DNA of 64,000 bases. Source: Malacoraja senta. Taxonomy: Eukaryota. This document shows, one piece after another, positions 52,140 to 64,000 of the stretch. The notes below the pieces were generated by a model that saw only the letters and a list, made by a program, of their open reading frames with translations, ran no database searches and was not told where the DNA came from. The position numbers and the translations under genes were made by a program. The number at the start of each line of letters is the position of its first letter. Position 1 is the first letter of the stretch. Where the stretch lies: NCBI GenBank assembly GCA_038087875.1, contig CM075989.1:7380001-7444000 (forward strand), read 5' to 3'.

Positions 52140-52285
52140 ACGTTGGAGTGCAAGCCCTACTCCACAACTTAAGCACACTAATCTAGGCTGATACCCCGAG
52201 CACACCTGGAGGAATGCTGCATTGTCAGTTGCTCTGTTTTGGAAGAGGTACTGAACCAAACCCCTCGTATCATCTCAGGTGATAC
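52140..52285 (+). mobile_element. Ancient Deu-domain SINE (SacSINE1/AmnSINE-like) relic
   Basis: caagccctactccacaacttaagcacactaatctaggctgata...ggaatgctgcattgtc...ctcaggtg resembles the recalled SacSINE1/AmnSINE sequence. Confidence 0.55.
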
Positions 52286-52298
52286 AGGTCCTTTGGCC

Positions 52299-52528
52299 CA
52301 GATGTTGCTTTAAACCAAAGATAGACACAAAAAGCTGGAGTAACTCAGCGGGACAGGCAGCATCTCTGGAGAGAAGGAATGGGTGACGTTTTGGATCGAG
52401 ACCCTTCTTCCTGACCCGAAACGTCACCCATTCCTTCTCTCCAGAGATGCTGCCTCTCCCGCTGAGTTACTCCAGCTTTTTGTGTCTATCTTCGGTTTAA
52501 AGCAGCATCTGCAGTTCCTTCCTACACA
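52299..52528. mobile_element. Palindromic PLE-terminus element forming a near-perfect stem of about 100 bp
   Basis: Left arm atagacacaaaaagctggagtaactcagcggg...gggtgacg is complementary to right arm cgtcaccc...cccgctgagttactccagctttttgtgtctat. Confidence 0.82.
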
Positions 52529-52544
52529 CGTTCATGCACACAGA

Positions 52545-52805
52545 GGCCATGCTGACCTGTTCACACTAGTTCTATGTTATCCCACTTCTCTACACATTAG
52601 GGGCATATTTTTAATAGAAGTCAATTAGTGCACAAACCTGCATGTTTTTGGGATGTGGGAGGAAATCGGAGCACCCAGAGGAAAGCCATGCGGTCACAGG
52701 GAGAACGTGCAAACTCCACGCAGACAGCACCCGTGGTCGGGGTCGAAGCCGGTTCTCTGGCGCTGTGAGGCAGCAGCTCTACCATCAGCACCACTGTGCC
52801 GCCCT
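52545..52805 (-). mobile_element. HE1-like V-SINE
   Basis: Reverse complement of head and V-domain. Confidence 0.8.
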
Positions 52806-53438
52806 GTTGCCCAGTTAACACTTTTGCCACTTGAGAGGTCACTGTAGCAAATTTGCTAACATTTCCAACATCTCCCAACATTTCAGCAGTAAATACACCT
52901 TCTAAATACTCCATTATGTTGGCATTATCATCATTTCTCTCCTGTACTTTATTCGACTTGTTTTTAAACCCAGCACTCATCGAGGTCTTTGACTTGTATT
53001 GCTGGCTTTGCAATTTAACAGCACTTGATAACGTGAGCACCCCGATCCCAGTTGCTGTCTGATGTTTGAAAACAAAATAGACTGCAGGTGCTGAAATTAA
53101 AGCACCAAGTGCCAGCAATACTCATCTGATCAGGCAGCGTCCGTGGAGTGAGCAGCGGAATTAGTGTTTCAAGCCAAGGATCGTTTGTCAAAATAGCCCA
53201 TTGCTAGTGAGTCCTCAGGATTAAAGAGTTGCAATTAGAACACAGTCCCTGAAATTCTTGGCTTCTGCTGCCCCTGACTTGCTGTAACCTTTAGAAGTCC
53301 TCTAAATCATTTAGCTTTGAGTACATTGTCGGTATTGTAAGTTGACGGCATTGTGGCTGAAAGGGCAGCAGCACCACATCATCTAAACCAAGCATAACTG
53401 TGTGTGGTGCATTAATCAAACTGCTTTTGGAACTTGGT

Positions 53439-53703
53439 GGGCGGCGCGGTGGCGCAGCGGTTGAGTTGCTGTCTGACAATGCCCGAGACCCGGGTTCGAC
53501 CTTAACTACGGGTGCTGTCTGTATGGAGTTTGCATGTCTTCTCCGTGACTATGTGCATTTTCTCCGAGGAATCCGGTTTGCTCCCAGAATTCAAAGACGT
53601 GCAAGTTGCTGGTTAATTGGCTTCAGTAAAAATTGTCCCTAGTGTGGAGTGTACAGGGTGATGGCTGGTCGGCACAGACTCTGGCCCAAGGGCCTGTTTC
53701 CGC
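53439..53703 (+). mobile_element. HE1-like V-SINE directly abutting the L2 copy
   Basis: A/B boxes and V-domain; tail cut at gggcctgtttccg. Confidence 0.82.
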
Positions 53704-56043
53704 CTGTCAAATCATAGTGCAATTATATTCGATGCATCTCTGCCTTTCTCTCCCCCAAAATCCCATCTCCCTGTTCACTACTCCTGCTACGTAAACTCTT
53801 CGACTGCCAGTAAATTCTCTGAGGCTCCCATAGCTGCTCCCGATATCTGCACCATTGAGGCATCTCCCCTCCATCTCAGCACTGACAACCTCATTTCTTT
53901 ATTCAATACCATTTGCTCTTCCATCCTGGATTCTGTTGCTCCTCTTAAAATGAAAAAGCCTAAGCCTAAAGGCTGGCCCTGGCTCAATGACACCACCAGA
54001 GCCCTAAGAAGAGAGTGCAGAAAATCAGAGCGGATGTACAAATCTGATAAGCTTCAAATTTCCTTTGAACTTCTGAGAAACAATCTTCTCAAATACCAGG
54101 AAGCAGTAAAGTCTGCGTGAACACAATACTTTTCTGACCTTATCTCCAAACACGCTCATAACTCCAAGGTCCTTTTTAGTACCATTACCTCTATCATATG
54201 TCCTGCCCCCAGTACCAGCTTAGCTGGCCCCCCCTGCTAAGTGCGAAGAATTTACGACATTTTTCACCAGCAAAGTTAAGAACATCAGAACTAATATTTC
54301 CCCTCCCATCCGTGACCTAGCTGTCCCATTGGTCTGTTCTTCTAAATTAGACTGTTTCCAACCCGTTACTCTACCCTCCCTTGTAAAGCTGGTCACCACC
54401 GTGAAACCTGCGACCTGCCCCCTCGAAGTTGTCCCCACTGCCCTTCTGAAGGATGTCATTGCAATAGCCGGTCCCAGCATCCTCTCTATCATCAACAGTT
54501 CTCTGGCCACTGGCACTTCCAACCTGCTTCAAGCACGTGGTGGTCCAGCCCCTCCTGAAAAAACCTAACCTAGACCCCACCTAGACCTATTTCCAAACTG
54601 CCTTTCCTTTCAAAAGTCCTTGAAAAGGTAATTTTAAATCAACTAATGCCTTACCTACACCAAAATGCCATCCTGGAAATTTACCAATCAGGTTTCAGGG
54701 CCCACCACAGCACAGAGTCTGCCTTGTTGAACGTACACAATGACCTGCTTCTCACCATTGACTCCGGCGACTGTGCAATCCTGCTCCTTCTCAACCTCAG
54801 CGCAGCATTTGATACAGTGGACCACACCATCCTAATTGACCGTCTCCGGTACGGGGTTGGTATTGATGGCACTGCACTGAGCTGGTTCATCTCCTACCTC
54901 AAAGATAGGAGTTTCTCTACAAACATAGGCAACTCTTTCTCCTCCCCAGCTAGCCTTTCAGTGGGGTTCCACAAGGCTCCATCCTAGGCCCCATTCTCTT
55001 CTCCCTGTATATGCCCCCCTAAGGCCAAGTCATTCAAAGGCATGGCATTTCCTTCCACTGCTATGCAGACAATACACAACTCTATCTCCCCCTGAAGCCC
55101 AACAACTGATCAATACTCAGCCTTATCCACTGCCTCGAGGATATAAAGTGTTGGATGGCCCATAACTTCCTCCAACTAAACGAGAGCAAGTCTGAGGTCA
55201 TCCTACTCGGCCCCTCGGACTCAATCAAAACGATAGCTGGCAGCCTTGGAAGCCTTATCCCCTTACAAAAATTTCGGCGTGATATTTGACTCCGCGTTGA
55301 AGTTTGACAAACAAGTCAATGCCGTGGTAAAAGCTAGCTTCTTCCAGCATCGCACGATAGCTAAAATAAAACCATTCCTCCAATTTGATGACCTCAAAAA
55401 GATCATCCACTCATTAATCTCCTCCCGCCTTGATTACTGCAACTCCCTTTACACTGGCATCAGCCAATCATCCCTGTCCTGCCTGCAATTGGTCCAAAAC
55501 GCCGCAGCGAGACTTCTGACGGGCACCCGAAAAACGGACCACATCACCCCGATTCCAGCCACTCTCCACTGGCTCCCTGTGCGGTTCAGAATCAATTTCA
55601 AGCTCCTCCTTTATGTATACAAAGCCCTTAACGGGCTTGCCCCCACCTACATAAAAAATCTGCTAACCCACCATTCTACCTCCAGGTCCCTCAGATCGGC
55701 CGACTTGGGGTTACTGACTATCCCGCGGTCTAGGCATAAGCTCAGGAGCGATCGCGCTTATGCGGTTGCAGCACCTAGACTGTGGAACAGCATCCCTCTT
55801 CCCATCAGAACTGCCCCCTCCATCGACTCTTTTAAGTCTAGACTTAAAACTTATTTCTACCTTCAAGCGTTTCTTGAGGTCCTCTGAGGGAGAGCTGCAT
55901 GTATGTATTTATGTTATGTATTGTTAGATCTATGTACCACTGTATGTAGCATGTTAGTACCTGCACTGATGTAAAGCACTTTGGTCAACGAGAGTTGTTT
56001 TTAAATGTGCTATAGAAATAAAATTGACTTGACTTGACTTGAT
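53704..56043 (+). mobile_element. 5'-truncated L2-clade LINE, ORF2 (RT and C-terminus) disrupted
   Basis: YQSGFRAHHSTESALL...LSAAFDTVDH; tgctatgcagacaat (YADD-like); RLDYCNSL...LQLVQNAAARLL...LHWLPV; 3' tail gtaaagcactttg...aataaaa(ttgac)n. Confidence 0.93.
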
Positions 56044-56179
56044 TGATAAGGTGGATGGTCACAGGTTTTATTCTAGGATGGGGAAATCTAAAACTAGAGG
56101 GCATATGATTAAGGTGAGAGATTGAAGATGTAACAGGGAACTGATGGGCAACTTATTCACCAGGCTGATCAACTTAGCT

Positions 56180-56472
56180 CAGTTTAGAGATACAGCACGG
56201 AAACAGACCCTTTGACCCACCGAGTCCGCACTGATCAGTGATCCCTGCATACAAAGACTATCCTGCACACGCTAGGGACAATTGACAATTTTACTAAACC
56301 AATTAACCTACAAACCTGTCTTTGGAATGTGGGAAAAAACTGGAGTTCCGGGGGAAACTCACATAGGTCACGGGGAGAATGTACAAACTCCGTACACACA
56401 GCACCCGGGGTCAGGTTCGAACGGGGTCTCTGGTGCTGTAAGGCAGCAACTCTACCACTGCGCCACCCTGCC
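56180..56472 (-). mobile_element. HE1-like V-SINE inserted in a CR1 fragment
   Basis: Full-length; CR1 sequence on both sides. Confidence 0.82.
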
Positions 56473-57019
56473 GCCACTAACTGCCAGAGGAGGTTCCAGA
56501 GGCAGATATAATTACCATGTTATAAAGCCTTTTGGACAGGTACATGCTGAGGGAAGATCTGTAGCAATCTGGGCCAAATGCAGGCAAATGGGAAACCTCA
56601 AATAGACATCTTGGTCGGCATGGACGAATTAGATTGAAGGATCTGTTTCCATGCTGTATATCTCTGACTCTGTGACTCACTCCAACCAGGCTCAGTAACT
56701 CTGCACCAGTTGGGTGAGTGCTGTTCCTCATTCATCCCTGTTGTTGTACAGTAACACCAATGTATTGCTTTACTGTTTTGGCATACTTTTAGTTTTTCCT
56801 CCATAACCAGCTCTATTTCCAGTCTCCTGAAGCACTGAGACTGATCCAATTTAACTTTTCCAAGTGAGTCACAGTGTAATTCCCTTAAATAATGTTTGTA
56901 GTGCAGTAGGCCCATGGAACCTGGGCGTGGCAGGCTGGGCCTGTTGCACAGTGATATGTCCCCTTCCGTTTTCCTGAGTAATCTTTTTCTCATCTGTGCT
57001 CCCAGTCATTAAAATGATT

Positions 57020-57241
57020 AAAGGTAGACACAAAATGCTGGAGTAACTCAGCGGATGAGGCAGCATCTCTGGAGAGAAGGAATGGGCGACGTTTCGTGTC
57101 GAGACCCTTCTTCAGACTGATCAGTCTCGATGCTGTCGAAGGGTCTCGACCCAAAACGTCGCCCATTCCTTCCCTCCAGAGATGCTCCAGCATTTTGTGT
57201 CTACCTTCGATTTAAACCAGCAACTGCAGTTCTTTCTTACA
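57020..57241. mobile_element. Palindromic PLE-terminus element
   Basis: Near-TSD cattaaaatgatt / cattaatatgatt; inverted arms. Confidence 0.8.
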
Positions 57242-57759
57242 CATTAATATGATTGAGTTGTTTTAAATGTGATTTACTGTAAGTTGCTCTTAATACTGCA
57301 AAGTCCATATGCGGGGAATCCTTAAGTGGCAAGATTTAACACTTTATTTTTTCATCACTTGGTTTACATTGTCAGGTTTGAAAAGACCACTATTCTTCTT
57401 GTCATGATATTTTGCTAAAACGAAGTGCTTTTATTTCGAAGCATACTCTGTTTTAGGGTTGTGAAAGAAGGAACTACAGATGCTGAAGATAGACATAAAA
57501 TGCTGGAGTAACTCAGCAGGTCAGGCAGCATCTCTGGAGAGAAAAGACGGGTGACGCTTCGGGTTGGAACCCTTCCTCAGATTCGGAGTCGTGCAGTTGT
57601 TTAACCATGGAAGGGAATTGCTGGCAGGATAGAAATGCTTGAATTGTGCCTGTGGTGACTGAGGTCATCAATGTTGCGGACATAAAGGGAATAATTTTCC
57701 CACCGGGCCTGAATCCAGATCCAACCCATTGTGTCCTGGGTGGGCCAAAGGTGCTGTCT

Positions 57760-57922
57760 CAATAGACAATAGGTGCAGGAGTAGGCCATTCGGCCCTTTG
57801 AGCCAGCACCACCATTCAATGTGATCATGGCTGATCATCCACAATCAGTACCCCGTTCCTGCCTTCTCCCCATGTCCCCTGACTCCACTATCTTTAAAAG
57901 TCCTATCTAGCTCTCTCTTGAA
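57760..57922 (-). mobile_element. CR1 LINE 3' tail
   Basis: caatagacaataggtgcaggagtaggccattcggcc, as at 3250-3390, 29085, 31547 and 46045. Confidence 0.75.
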
Positions 57923-58641
57923 CGTTTTTTAGAAAGGGGCTTCTTGGGTCATTTTTTAGGACGGTGAGTTTGGAAGGCAGTGATGGAGACTGGGAAATGC
58001 AGAGCTATTGGCCCAGATCTTGCTCGTCAATGCTGGTGGATTGTACCTCCTGCAATGGAGCTAAATTCTGAACACAACATGCTGGAGTAACTCAGTGGGT
58101 CAGGCAGCATCTCTGGAGAACATGAGTGGGCTCTTGATTAATAAGGGAGCAAATGGGGAGTTATGGGGAGAAGGCAAGAGAATTGGGGTTGACCGGGAAA
58201 GAAAAGATCAGCCATGACGAGTAGACCCGATAGGCTTCTGTGTCTTCTGGTCTAAGACCAGAACTTCTGGCACAAGAAACGAAAGATTTGAAGTAATAAA
58301 TCTATTCCCACGCATCTCATCCGATTACTTTTCCCACACATTCCTGAAAACCGGCACGTCTTTGCGCTGAGGGAGGAATCTGGAGTACCAGGAAGGAACC
58401 TACACGGTCCACACAGACAACACCCGAGGTCAGAATCGAACCCGGGTCTCTGGCGCTGTGAGGCAGCAGCTTTCCCTGCTGCACCACTATGAGCTGCTAT
58501 TGCAACCCATCAAGTCCACAACTTCCACATATGTTGATATTGGGCAAGCCGCTCTCCTCAGTTGCTGCAGTCTTTGGGTAAGGAACTGTGGTACTTAAAC
58601 TTTGGACCAAACTGGTGAGGAACATAAGTGGATCATTTATG

Positions 58642-58985
58642 GGCCATGCAGTGCCATAGCTCTAGAGTTGCTACCCCACACCGCCAGCGACCTGGGTGCA
58701 TCACTAATCTCTGGTGCTGTCTGTGTGGAGTTTGCACGTTCTCTCTCTGACTGCATGGGTTTCCTCTGGTTTCCTCCCACATCCCAAAGGCCTGTGGGTT
58801 GGTCGGATAATTGGCCTCTGCTAGTTGCCCCCTGGTGTGTGGATGAGTGATAGAATTTGGTACATGGAAAGGGCAGGATGGGGACTGTGGAGAGAATAAC
58901 ATGGATTAGTGTAAAAGTGAGTGTTTGGCGGTCAGTGTAGACTTTGTGTGCCGAAGGGCATGTTTCCGTGCTGCATTTCTCTATC
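58642..58985 (+). mobile_element. HE1-like V-SINE
   Basis: V-domain and tail. Confidence 0.78.
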
Positions 58986-59488
58986 ACTCGGTGCGCAATT
59001 GAATGGAATGTTGTTGCCTGGAAATCCAGACAAATGGCCTTGAATGAGCAGACATTGTTCAGTTTCACCAGCCTCAATGTTTGTCTGCCTTTCAAACACT
59101 CACCAGGTAAATAATTGATTTAAATTATTGTGGAACTAGGATTTATCTGCTTGAGGAACCAGGAGCTCAAGGACTCTGTTTCTTGTCAGCAGATCTTACA
59201 TTTGGGCTTCAGTTCAATTATTACTCGTGAATCCAGCTTAATGCTGAACCTAACTCTGGAATAACTCCCTTGCGGAGAGCAGAATTGCCTTGCATCTGAA
59301 CCCCGTAGGTGTAGTATGAATGGACATTGTGTCCCATGAAATAATTAATCATCCATATCTAGATTTATCTGTATTTTGGCATAGGTTATGACAGTTAAAC
59401 AGTGACAAACATTCAAGGACTTCTTCGGAATATGATTAATTGCTACACCACAACATAAGGTGTATCCTTCTTGTAATCTGATTAAACT

Positions 59489-59806
59489 GCACAGTGGCAT
59501 AGCTGGTAGCTCACAGCACCAGAGACCTGGGTTCAATCCTGACCTTGGCTGCTGTCTGTGTGGAGTTTGCACATTCTCCCTGCATCTGCGTAGACTTCCT
59601 CCGTGTGTTCCAGTTCCCTCCCACTTCCCGAAGACTTGCAGGTGTGTAGGTTAATTGACCTCTTTAAAAAATAAAAAAAAAGCTGCCCCCCAATATGTGG
59701 GGAGTGAATGAGTAAGTGGAATGACATCGAACGAGTGTGAATGGGTGACCGATGGTCAGCGTGGACTTGCTAGGCCAAAGGGTCTGCTTCCATGTTGTAT
59801 CTCTAA
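59489..59806 (+). mobile_element. HE1-like V-SINE
   Basis: Head, V-domain and tail. Confidence 0.78.
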
Positions 59807-60082
59807 AAACAATTGATAGCATATCATTGCTATTGATGTTCAACTAATCTACAAAACACCACAGACATGATGTGTGGAAACTCCAGTGGAGAGTTTCAGC
59901 AACTTGCATCCAAAGTCAGTTGCTCCTCTCAAACAGACACTATATATTGAGCATAACCGAGACACAGGAGTAGACCTCTCATCTCTGTCCTCTGATGCAT
60001 TTTTTACTGCCATTATGGCTGATTTCTGCACTTTCCGTCCCTCAGATAAACCTTCATTTCTTGCTTAACAAGGATCTATGTA

Positions 60083-60334
60083 CGGAGACACCATGAACTG
60101 CAGATGTCCCAACCTTGCATTGAACATAAAATACTGGAGTAATTCAGTGGGTCAGGCAGCTTCTCTGGAGGACATGGATAGGTGACATTTCAGGTTGTGA
60201 CATTTCAGGTCAGGACCCTTTGTCAGACTCTACGTCTGAGTCTAAAGGGTCCCAATCTGAAAAGTCACCAATCCATGTCCTCTAGAGATGTTGCCTAACC
60301 CGCTGAGTTACTCCAGTATGTTGTGTTCTATGCC
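60083..60334. mobile_element. Palindromic PLE-terminus element, older copy
   Basis: TSD aggatctatgta at 60071-60082 and 60335-60346. Confidence 0.75.
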
Positions 60335-60784
60335 AGGATCTATGTAACTCTGCCTTAAACGGAGCAGTAAAAGAATCTCTGGGATTTTTGAGGAAGTTGC
60401 AATTAGGCGGGTGAAAGTCTGCATCATCTTCGAGTTAAATAGGCAACCACTTATTTTAAACAGTGATCCCAAGTTCCAAATTTTTCCACCTGAGGAGATA
60501 TCTACTCCACGTCCACCCTGATAACATCTCTCATGGTCTTGTGTGTTCCTTTTGAGTCACCGTTCACTCTTCTGAACTACAGCAGGTGAAAGCCCCTGGC
60601 ACGTCCATCGTCTCATAAGATCCCTTGACCTTTCCAGATATTAGACTTCTATCACTGTACATAGCTTGTGTTGTCAATGTGCTGAATCATACATTTTTTA
60701 AATCAGAGACAACCTATTTAATTACCATTTGAATCAATATGCACCAATCGCCTTTGCCATCTTCCTGGCAACTTGTTCCTTCAC

Positions 60785-61056
60785 TGTCGAGAGGGCCTGA
60801 ACATCAGGCCACCCGTAGCGGCGACTGTGGGGGGCTCGGGAGGCCCCGACCACAGGTGAACAACAGAGGAGGATGACTGAACTTTGGTGCCTTCCCTCAC
60901 AGTGGGAAACGTTGATTCCGCTGTGTGGGGATGTCTATGTTAAAGACTATCGTGTTCTGTGCTCTTTTTTTATTCGTATGGCTGTATGGTGACCACAAAT
61001 TTCACTGTACCAATTGGTACATGTGACAATAAATATCTCTTGTCTCTTGTCTTGTC
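60785..61056 (+). mobile_element. 5'-truncated GC-rich retroposon with Rex-like tail
   Basis: gccttccctcacagtggg...ctgtgtggggatg hairpin; tail aaatttcactgtaccaattggtacatgtgacaataaa. Confidence 0.65.
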
Positions 61057-61691
61057 CAATAAGACATTTTATTCAGGTAACTGCAGATACTGAATATCTG
61101 AAATGGAAACAGGAGATGTGAGGATATTAAGCAAGTGATTTGCAGATGGTGATGATTCAGGTTGATAATCTTTCATCATAGTTTTATTGGCATTTGGGAT
61201 GTGGACAATGCCTTTGAGAAGAAGAATTGCTGCCTCAAAATATTGCCGACTTAATGGCGATTGTGCTCCTGCATTGCTGCTGTATCAGGACTCTCAATAT
61301 TTAGACTCAACGATCATGAAAGAATGGCAATGTGGATACAAGAAACTGCAGATACTGGTTGAGAAAACAAGACACAAAGTGCTGGAGTAACTCAGCAGGT
61401 CAAGCAGCAACTCTGGAGAATATGGATTGGGTCGGGACCCTTCTTCAAAATGAGTTGAAGAATCACAAAAAGATTGGAGAATTGTGAAGTTGGAGGAAGA
61501 AATGAAGGGGGGGAGGGGGGAATAGGTGTGAGACCAGGTGGGGGACTGGGGAGGGGCGGAGCAGGGTGGAAGGGGAGGTTTAGGTGAAAAAAAGAGGGGG
61601 TGCTCACATCTATTTCCCCCCCCCCCCCCAATGCCCCTCCTCCCCTTCCACCTATATTTCTTCCTCTAGCTTCATAATTTGCAACTCTTGT

Positions 61692-61965
61692 TTAGTTTAT
61701 TGTCACATGAAGCGAGGTACAGTGAAAAGCTTTTTTGTTGCGTGCTTTACAGTCAACGGAAAGGTTACAATCAAGCCGTCGACAGTGTACAGATACAGGA
61801 TAAAAGGAATAACGTTTAGAGCAGGTTAAAGCCAGATTAAAGATTGTCCAAGGGTCCCCAACAAAGTAGGTGGTAGGTCAGGACCGCTCTCTAGTTGGTG
61901 ATAGGATGGTTCAGTTGCCTCATCACAGCTGGGAAGAAACTGTCCCTTAATCTGGAGGTGTGGGT
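61692..61965 (-). mobile_element. Rex1/Babar LINE 3' fragment
   Basis: Reverse complement of the same tail (tttattgtcacatg...gaggtacagtgaaaagc). Confidence 0.72.
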
Positions 61966-62295
61966 TCTCACTCCCCCCTGCCCCTCACCCCCGTATATCA
62001 CCCCAATGCATACTTGCCAGGTCCCTCCCATCTTCCTGCTTCGCCACCCCACCCCCACAATCAGTCTGAAGAAAGCTCCCGACCCAATACGTCACTTATC
62101 CATGAAAAATGGCCATTTTATTTCCAGAGATTCTTTGTTGGAGCATCCGACCATGCACTGCCTCTGTTCTGTCGTGTGGTGGAAGCCTTGGCTGCTGCCG
62201 CAGTAGTCTCAGCAAATCACCGCAACACCGTTTGTAGCCAGTGCACAAAGCAGAGAGTAAGAAGTGACAGATACTCTACGGGGTATCAATCAATC

Positions 62296-62590
62296 GGGCA
62301 GCACAGTGGTGCAGCTGGAGACCCAGGTTTCATCCAGATTTTGGGTGCTGCCTGTGTGGAGTTTGCATGTTCTCCCCGTGACTGCATGGGTTTCATCCGG
62401 ATGCTCCGATTTCCTCTCACGTCCCAATGATGTATAGGTTTGTAGGTTAATTGGTCTCTGTAAATTGCCCTTGGTGTGTAGTGAGTTTATGAGAAAGATG
62501 AATAACACTGAACTAATGTGAACGGGTGATTGATGGTTAGCATGGACTCAGTGGGCCGATGGGCCTTTTTCCATGCTGTATCGTTCAATC
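62296..62590 (+). mobile_element. HE1-like V-SINE
   Basis: Head, V-domain and tail. Confidence 0.78.
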
Positions 62591-64000
62591 AATCCAATGA
62601 AAACTTGTGAGCTTGTCCTGAATATAAATTCCCCGGTTGCCCTGGACTGAGGTGCTCAGATGCCTTTAGATCGCCAGATTGGGCAAGACATTTGATGGAA
62701 CTATATAAGGTGATGAGGGGACGCATGGATGACAGAAAGTTGATTCCTTTCGTGCAGGCACAAGGAACTGTAGATGCTGGAATCTTCAGTAAAACACATA
62801 GTGCTGGAGTAACTCAGCAGGCCAGGCAGCATCTGTGGAGGGAATGGATAGGTGACATTTCGGGTTAGGACCCTTCTTTAGAATCTGTGTCAAGAGACCT
62901 GCATGGGCACAAAGCCACCATGGACATGGTGGACTGAATGGCTCCCTCCTTCCTACACTCTGACCATTCTATGATCCTATCATTGCCAGTCCTATAACTG
63001 CATCACTAAGATTCTATAACTGTAATTTTCACAGCTGGGAAAAGGCTTCAACCCCCTTGACTTCCAAATGTCTCTTGACTTCTGGACAATGCTTAGTAGC
63101 TGTAAATGTTCCAAGTGCTGTGCAGTGTGTCTCGGTCTTCCAACTGGTGATGAAAGGGCAGTTGGCATTGGCTCATTATCTAACTTCAGATCACTCCCCT
63201 ATGTTGCTTAAGGAAGTGGCTGTCCTGTATTCTTGCAGCTGAAACTTTTCCAGAGGTTTGTGCTGAGAATGGCCGACTGTATTTCTGACACTGAACACCT
63301 GGATTATTAGCTCCCCTAATTCACTCATCCAGAAGTGATCTCTGTGAGTGATCGGTTTTGATTGGTGAGCTGGAAAACACATCTCACTTAAATATCCCCT
63401 TTGTTTTCTTTTAGAACATTGAGAGCAATGGGTGCAGTTTTCTGAAGTATTATTAAGAGAGCTGACGAAATCACAAAGACTACACCATATCATGATAGCT
63501 TTTTTTCTTAATTGTTCAGACATTCTTCAGCTTTCTGCTCGAGAATTATTTCTGTGGCACAGGAAACATTTGAGTTCAAAATTGGGCCAACACTAACAGA
63601 TTTCTTGATTTGTAACAGGTTATCATTTGGAACCAGTTTTCAGCTTATTAACTTGGTCAGTAATTGAAGTAGAAATTGATGAATGGAGGTAAACATATCA
63701 ACATTCAAGGCAATCAGAAAGTCCACAGTTCTGCTCAGTTTCAGAAATCTATTTGGGTTTTTGTTAGTTCTGGATTTTTTTTTAGTAAGCTCTAACTTTA
63801 GGAAACTATAGAAGTGTATATTAGTCAGAATCAATGGATATTACAGTAGACATGGTAATTGAAAGATTATCTGTTAAGGCATTATATTGAATCTATTTGG
63901 GCACTGATTGTTCATGCAGGATTTCATCTGCAGAGCTGAGAATTTGAATAATTTTCATTTTTCTCTTGATTAAGCAAGCAATCAAGTTTGAGAACATGCA

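Noticed and set aside
59874..60068. Candidate next coding exon
   Set aside because: No convincing splice sites or family similarity; further exons may lie beyond the window or be too small to spot by eye.
1..64000. CRISPR array or prokaryotic operon
   Set aside because: Repeats are dispersed eukaryotic transposon copies rather than regularly spaced units; no bacterial gene organisation.

Overview
Vertebrate genomic DNA, very probably a cartilaginous fish (skate/ray/shark), judged from HE1-type V-SINEs, CR1 LINEs and Deu-domain SINE relics. The window is mostly intron of one + strand gene of the Lbc RhoGEF family (AKAP13-like; the paralog ARHGEF18 long form is not excluded). Four coding exons splice in frame with canonical AG/GT sites: 9299-9482, 18293-18485, 23550-25320 (large and acidic) and 45385-45455. 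The rest is dense in repeats: CR1, L2 and Rex1/Babar LINE fragments, Penelope-like (PLE) fragments, about 19 V-SINEs, a decayed IR/DR Tc1 transposon and a Harbinger-type MITE. Two repeat families stand out. (1) Short palindromic PLE-terminus elements with minimal hammerhead ribozyme cores and 11-15 bp target-site duplications (TSDs); one carries a copy of neighbouring DNA as its spacer. (2) An unclassified GC-rich, non-tRNA retroposon with a covarying GCCTTCC...GGATG hairpin, found with two different LINE-type 3' tails. Repeat boundaries were read by eye and are approximate; no database searches were run.
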